Part shown: one piece after another, positions 57,216-64,000 of the stretch
Numbering within the stretch: position 1 is the first letter of the stretch
How the letters are laid out: each line of letters begins with the position of its first letter
Source: Octopus sinensis
Taxonomy: Eukaryota
Length of the DNA: 64,000 nucleotides
Reading direction: 5' to 3'
Assembly (NCBI RefSeq): GCF_006345805.1
Contig: NC_043026.1
Location: 9,362,001 to 9,426,000 of the forward strand
Translations under genes and position numbers: made by a program
The notes under the pieces: generated by a model
What the model was told of the DNA's origin: nothing
Databases searched by the model: none
Seen by the model: the letters and a program-made list of their open reading frames with translations, nothing else

Positions 57216-58849
57216 GTTGGGTAGTTTTCCTTTATAAAAGCACTTTCTTCCGGATTATTAATCCCTTTTGCTTGAATCTTGTTATGAAACTGTTAAACCC
57301 AATAGGTGTGGCTGTGTGATGAGAAGCTTGTAAGTGGATTTTGAAGATGGAAACTAAAAGAAGCCCATCATTTATATATATATATATATGTGTAGGAAGC
57401 CTATTGTCTACCTTGCTATTCAGCTCTAAATTTTTTAGTGTTCAGATTAATTTGTCAAATGTAATGCTTATTTGTTCATGTTATTTTCAACTATTCAGGT
57501 GTCACAGGTGTCTCCGAAATATTTACCTGTAATTTTGTTAATTTTTTTTTTTTTACAAACAGATCTAAAATTTTGTTTGTGGGTGCTAATATAACAGTGG
57601 ATTATAGTTATGAAACTTCAGCTGATCTTGCTGCTTAAAATTTGACTTTAATGGGCAGGTTAATTTAATTAACAGGTGTGAAAGCAATAACATGGTTAAA
57701 CACTAAAATTGAAATTCTTAATACATCTCAACCATTTGATTTGTTACTAGAATTATCCCAGGTGTCAACTGCCAAAAATTTTGCCACTTTTCAAGATGAG
57801 GTACATTAATTTGAATTAATAAAAATACAGGTGTAATCGGTACAAGATTTTAATCTTTCTCATTCAAACATTTTCATTGAAAATAAAGTACTATGTACTC
57901 TTATACCATTTAATGAATACATTTACATAACAGAATGCACCTAATAGAAAAAGCTCATTAACAGGTGAATACAGGTATGTAACACTGAAAATTGATAAGT
58001 ATTTCTCTCTTTCACATATCTCTATATATATATAAGCGGCAAAATGTCTGCGTGTGTGTCCTTTATACAAATCCACAATTTTTCAGTTAGAGGGCTTGCA
58101 CTTTCTATGGTGATTCAAAACCATCCAAGGGTGGTGGTGCACATCTTTACATTTCCCCAGTCACCCCACAAAGCCATTAAAAACGGGACAGACAAACGGA
58201 TTAAGTTGATTACACCGACCCCAATGCGTAACTGGTACTTATTTAATCGACCCCCGAAAGGATGAAAGGCAAAATCGACCTTGGCGGAATTGGAACTCAG
58301 AATGTAACGGCAGATGAAATACTGCTAAGCATCTCGCCGCCTTGTTGCAGTTTAGTCCTAGTTTCCTCATCCTTTATCTATCTACACAAACCTTACTGAA
58401 ACCAGCTATCACCATATAAACCAGACAACCTCCACCATTGAACATGGCCATTTCAACTCATTATAACTTCATCAAGGAAGGCCCTTAGCTCAAGACTCAC
58501 TGTTTGACGCATAATTTTGTAGCAAGGCCTATCTTCCAGCCGAAAGTTCAAGAGATAAATCCTCCCTTCCAATAGGACCCGGTCATCATCATCGTTTAAC
58601 ATCCGTTTTCCGTGCTAGCATGAGTTGGACAGTTCAACTGGGGTCTGGGAAGCCAGAGGGCTGCACTAGGCCCAGTCTGATCTGGCGATGTTTCTATGGC
58701 TGGATGCCCTTCCTAATGCCAACCACTCCATGAGTGTAGTGGGTGCTTTTTATTTGCCAGGGAAGGTTGGCAGCAGCCACGATCAGTTGGTGCATTTTAC
58801 GTGCCGCCAGCACAAGCCAGTCAGGGTCCATAACACATTTTGATAGCCG

Positions 58850-59130
58850 TGTACCTGTGAGTGTTCCCACCCCTGCCAGTGCACTTATTCCTAGTACAAC
58901 ACCTGAGTAGTGGAGTTTGCATCTTCCATCAAAATCTACATAATCAGAACCACGGAGCTTTGTCAAGGAAGTCCCTGACAACATCTAACAAGTAGCATCT
59001 GGCCTCCTCCATTAGTTCCTGCTTCTTACCTATAGGGGTCGTGGCATCACAGTTACCAGCTGTCAGGATTTGCTCCCTTTTGGATCCTGTTTGGGGTTCC
59101 GAAGTACGTAAACTTCGTACATCCATCCCA
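58850..59130 (-). mobile_element. RTE-like LINE endonuclease N-terminal fragment
   Basis: KKQELMEEARCYLLDVV / TKLRGSDYVDFDGRCKLHYSGV..AGVG. Confidence 0.7.
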
Positions 59131-59420
59131 CACCTCCCAGGGTAGGTCGCAGGCCCATAGCCAGTTTTCGCAGCATTGGATGGAGACTGCAGTACACATT
59201 ATGGACAGGCCTTGCTACCTAAGGTCTGAACGGACCCTTTGTTAACCCACGCAGAGAACGATGCTGTATGAATGATTGTATTGCCTCCAGCCATACTGCA
59301 GGGGCTCTCTGGTCTTATTCGCACTGGTCACAAACTTTCTCAAACCCGTGAAGACTGGACTTTTTTGAAGTGGGCCTTTACTTACCTCGTCCTAACTACA
59401 TCGCTGAGTTAAGAGTCTTC

Positions 59421-60031
59421 GGATCTTTTCCTTTTGAACGGCAGACAATTTCTAGTTAACTAAACACTTTAGAACTTCGTATACTGGTAGAATGTGTCAA
59501 AATAAAACATTTTTTTCTCTTGGCTTTCTTGAGAGAATTGTAATTCGTTTGTTTAATGTAGTTTAATTTTTCGAATTTTAACCAATCCTATGCTCTCTTT
59601 TGAGCTAAAATCATTTGCTGTGTCTAAAACTGAGAACATCCTGTAACTAACCCTAATTGTTTTTTTCTTAATTGTTAAATTAATTTAATTGTTGCGTGTG
59701 TAAAAAAAACTAAAGCAATGGAATTAAATTAATTTAACAATTACGAAACAAAAATTTAGGGTGAGGGTTAGGAGGGAGGTTTAGGGTTGGTGACAGGATG
59801 TCTCAGTTTTAGATGCAGCAAATGATTTTAGTTGAATGGAGGTAATCGATTGGTTAAAATTGCTGAAATGCTCGGATTTTCAGACAAAATATCTTAGAAA
59901 CTACAGAATTTTCTCGATAAAACCAACTGAAAATGATGTTTTATAAGCACATTCTACCAGTATACGAAGTTTGAAAGTGTTTAGTTAACAAGAAATTGTG
60001 TTGACATCTGCCGTTCGAAAGGAAAAGATCC
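59421..60031. mobile_element. MITE with TIR GGATCTTTTCCTTTTGAACGGCAG
   Basis: Long imperfect inverted arms and a possible 8-bp TSD GAGTCTTC/GAGACTTG. Confidence 0.8.
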
Positions 60032-60689
60032 GAGACTTGTGAGCTTACAGGATCGCCCATTACTGCATCTCCCTAAGTATGTTACCACTGTTTAGTCTGG
60101 GGTTGCTTATTCGCCCGGCAGGAGCCCACTTATCTCGCAACAAACAATCCTATCTCCCGGCTGTATCGCTATCAGCCACTCACAAGTTAAAGAGTTAAGC
60201 TACTGTAAACATTTCACATAAGACATGTGCTGGCTGTGTGGTAAGTAGCTTGCTAACCAGCCACATGGTTCCAGGCTCAGTCCCACTGCGTGGCATCTTG
60301 GGCAAATGTCTTCTGCTATAGCCCCGGGCCGACCAATGCCTTGTGAGTGGATTTGGTACACGGAAACTGAAAGAAGCCTGTCGTATATATATATGTCTGT
60401 GTTTACGTCCCCGTCACTTAGTCTATCGGTCTCTTTTGCCGAACCGCTAAGTACTGGGCTTGCAAAGAATATGTCCCAGGGTCGATTTGCTCAACTAAAG
60501 GCGGTGCTCCAGCATGGCCGCAGTCAAACGACTGAAGCGAGTAGAAGATACCCATTAAATTCACTTCTCTTTCCATTCATTACTTCTGGACAGACATTTC
60601 GAGTTCTAGGATTTCTCTTAACTCTGACAAATTTATAATACATTTCTTAACCTTTATAAAAACATTTCCGCATGGGTTATGGTCTCACT

Positions 60690-60922
60690 TGGCTTATCAG
60701 GTCTTCTCAAGCCCAGCATATCTTCAAGGGTCTCGGTCAGTAATCAGTGCCTCACCACCACCTCATCCCAGGTCTTTCTGGGTCAACCTCTTCCACAGAT
60801 TCCCTAAACTGCTAGAGTGTGACACTTTTTCACACGGCTGTCCTCATCCATTCACAACACATGACCATACCAGCGCAGTCGCCTCTCTTGCACATCACAT
60901 CTGATGCTTCTTGAATCCAGCT
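60690..60922 (-). mobile_element. RTE-like LINE ORF C-terminal fragment
   Basis: The - strand translates as VQERRLRWYGHVL*MDEDSRVKK..GRG*PRKTWDEVV. Confidence 0.75.
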
Positions 60923-62027
60923 TAATAAAACGTATAAACACATGGCCTGTTGTTGTTGTCTCTATATGTCATATAGTTTTTCTCTTGTTTATTTTTTCTT
61001 TCTTGTTAATAAGCAGATGATGTGTGTTTATGTACCCAAAATTATTATTTCTTGACATAAATCTGTAGACTTCTGAGAGGTGAAAAAGATAATTTTGCAA
61101 AGGTGTAGAGAAATATAAACAGCTTTTGAAAAGGAATAAAAGAATAGGGGCTACCACTAAGTACCTTTAGAGGCTTCATTCGTTCTCCTTCTGGAATTTA
61201 AGAAGCTTTTGTTTTGTTTTTCCTTCAGAAGATGTAATATATATTCCGTATAGCCTCGCCTGGCCCCCGTGCCGGTGGCATGTAAAAAGCTCCGTCCAAT
61301 CGTGGCCGTTGCCAGCCTCGCCTGGCCTCCGTGCCGGTGGCACGTAAAAAGCACCCGCTACACTCGAAGAGTGGTTGACGTTAGGAAGGGTATCCAGCCG
61401 TAGAAACATTGCCAGATCAGACTGGGCCTGGTGCAGCCTTCTGGCTTCCCAGACTCCAGTTGAACCGTCCAACCCATGCTAGCATGGAAAGCTGACCCTA
61501 AACGATGATGATGATACTGTGAGAGATAAGTATTCTGAAAGGTCTGACAATATCACGGGACAATTATCGTTTGAATTAATGCAGAAATTATTAAAGAAAA
61601 TGTTTCTTCTTAACATGATACACTACGTATTTCTTTATTTGTGCCCCACAAGGAAAGACCAAAAATATTTATCAAGAAGCTGCAATTATTATGCACCAAC
61701 CTAATATATACTCACATACATATATATATGTATAACACGTGATCACTTGCCCGACCAGGTTATCAGATGCTGCTACACATCGCTGGTCACAATGCGCTTT
61801 GCATTGCTTTAGCCATCAAATGATGCCACCCCGCTGGCTAAGCGAGCAGGCCAACAAAAGAAAGGGTGAGAGAAAGTTGTGCCGAAAGAGTACAGCAGGG
61901 ATCACCACCACCCCTGCCAGAGCGTCGTGGTGCTTCTAGGTGTTTTCGCTCAATAAGCACTCACAATGCCCGGTCTGGGAATCGAAGCCGCGAGTCCGCT
62001 GCCCTAACCACTAGGCCATTGCGCCTC

Positions 62028-62058
<31 letters not shown>

Positions 62059-62567
62059 CAGCCGAAATTACTAGGATGATCCGGTTCTTGACTGAAGATT
62101 GAGGGCTTCGTATGTCCCGTCCGTGTTTTTTGTATCGTCTTCTAAATGTTTTACGTTCTTGTCCCAGTTTGTATTTTTCTGCATATAATATATTTATATA
62201 TATATATAGTAGAAATATGTTATATACACATATATTCATACGCCCTTCCACTCACGTATACATAGATAGTAACATACATGCGTGCGCATATACATACAGT
62301 CTAAGTACCAAACTTCTGACATTAGAATTCTCAGTTCCAGGAAGAAGAAAGTTCATTCGAAGACTACAGATCCCGAGGCGTCACTGGAACTGTAAGAATT
62401 CGCCAAAGTTTATCATCTAAATATATATGCGCGTATCTAGACATACAGATCAACACCTGCATATATATACGTGCGTACGAATAGACACACACACACATTC
62501 AACTATGTGTGTGTGTGTGTGATACGATCACATCGTCAGTTACCAAGTTATTTTTGTGGTTCTCTAT

Positions 62568-62965
62568 TGATCTTTTCGGTTTGACCGGCAGTTTTTTTAA
62601 ATAATTTCCACGTAACTAAACGCTTTTAAACTTCGTATACTGGTAGAATGTGTTACATAAAACATCTTTTCCTCTTGGCTTTATTGAGAAAATGCTATAG
62701 TTTGTAAGATATTTGTTGTTTTTTTTCTGCAATTTCAACCAATCACTGACGTCTATTGAGGTAAAAAAAAATATTCTGTGCTGTATGAATATGTCCCTCG
62801 TTTAAGAAACAGATTGGGTTTATTTACATTTCTGAAGAAAAAATGATACCCTCCCACTACCCCTAAAACATTGAAATGCAATAGATCGATTCTAGGGTCA
62901 TAATTATGGGTGACAATTTCATACGACACCGCTAGAAAAAACTGTCATTCAAACTGAAAAGATCC
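62568..62965. mobile_element. MITE of the GGATCTTTTC family
   Basis: GATCTTTTCGGTTTGACCGGCAG ... CTGTCATTCAAACTGAAAAGATCC. Confidence 0.75.
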
Positions 62966-63236
62966 CAATTTTGAATAATTAGATATTTTATATGGACATT
63001 CGCAAAATTCTGGTCATTAAATAATTTGAAGGTTAGTATGAGAATGGATGTGACAAGAACTTCGAAAGCGCACCGTCATACTTTGTATATGAGATGAAAT
63101 TCAGAAAATAAACATAGAGAGAAACGGATCACATTCTTTTATTTGTTGAATTGGATTAATTTTAGATTTCACAGAATGAAAGTTATAAAATATGAAATTT
63201 CATAGCAATTTTATAAGCGAATACTGCAATTCGTAT

Positions 63237-63955
63237 ATAGGCGCAGGAGTGGCTGTGTGGTAAGTAGCTTGCTCACCAACCACATGGTTCCGGATTCAGT
63301 CCCACTGCGTGGCACCTTGAGCAAGTGTCTTCAACTATAGCCTCGGGCCGACCAAAGCCTTGTGAGTGGATTTGGTAGATGGAAACTGAAAGAAGCCCGT
63401 CGTATATACATATATGTAGGCGCAGGAGTGGCTGTGTGGTAAGTAGCTGTTTACCAACCACATGGTTCCGGGTTCAGTCCCACTGCATAGCACCTTAGGT
63501 AACTGTCTTCAACTATAGCCTCGGGCCGACCAAAGCCTTGTGAGTGGATTTGGTAGATGGAAACTGAAAGAAGCCCGTCGTATATATATATATGTAGGCG
63601 CAGGAGTGGATGTGTGGTAAGTAGCTTGTTTACCAACCACATGGTTCTGGGTTCAGTCCCACTGCATGGCACTTTAGGTAACTGTCTTCTACTATAGCCT
63701 CGGGCCAACCAAAGCCTTGTGAGGAGATTTGGTAGACGGAAACTGAAAGAAGACCGTCGTATATGTGTGCGTGTGTGTCTATATATCCTCCTAGCATTGA
63801 AGGACAACCGATGCTGGTGTGTTTATGACCCAGTAACTTAGCGATTCGGCAAAAAAGACCGATAGAATAATTACTAGGCTTATAATGAATAAGTCCTGGG
63901 GTCGATATGCTCGATTAAAGGCGGTCAGATGACTGAAACAAGTAAAAGAAAAAGA
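63237..63955 (+). mobile_element. Second tRNA-derived SINE family, three tandem ~179-bp heads plus tail
   Basis: A-box TGGCTGTGTGG and B-box GGTTCAGTCC. Other copies lie at 16654-17060(-), 28945-29331(-), 29527-29680, 32722-33075(-), 33226-33597, 44192-44790 and 60230-60545. Confidence 0.8.
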
Positions 63956-64000
63956 GAGACTAAATTCCTACCTAAGGATACCGTCGTATCTCCAACATGA

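Noticed and set aside
63237-63320. tRNA gene candidates (A/B boxes)
   Set aside because: They are SINE heads followed by SINE body sequence, multi-copy, and without a convincing cloverleaf.

Overview
AT-rich animal genomic DNA, inferred to be octopus/coleoid cephalopod from the effector-less tandem C2H2 genes, the SINE types and the long (TA)n runs; no database check was possible. The window is a cluster of eight paralogous C2H2 zinc-finger (ZNF) genes, here called A-H. Four have intact ORFs: B 8271-9275(+), D 17477-18817(-), E 27446-28786(+) and H 54462-55634(+). Four are disrupted: A, C, F and G. Three pairs are head-to-head (A/B, D/E, F/G), each around a copy of the same ~700-bp cassette. 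This cassette carries NRF1-like and ETS-like motifs and two opposite-facing splice donors in a crossed arrangement. A fourth, inverted copy lies upstream of H. The spacers are dense with mobile DNA: two Tx1/L1-like LINE 5' portions, each joined to the same tRNA-SINE head; a Penelope-like element with inverted terminal repeats; five minimal hammerhead ribozyme motifs; a decayed Helitron helicase and non-autonomous Helitrons; a Merlin/IS1595-like transposase and MITEs; a solo LTR; RTE fragments; multimeric SINEs; and two large palindromes. Boundaries of repeats are approximate unless a TSD or terminus is given.
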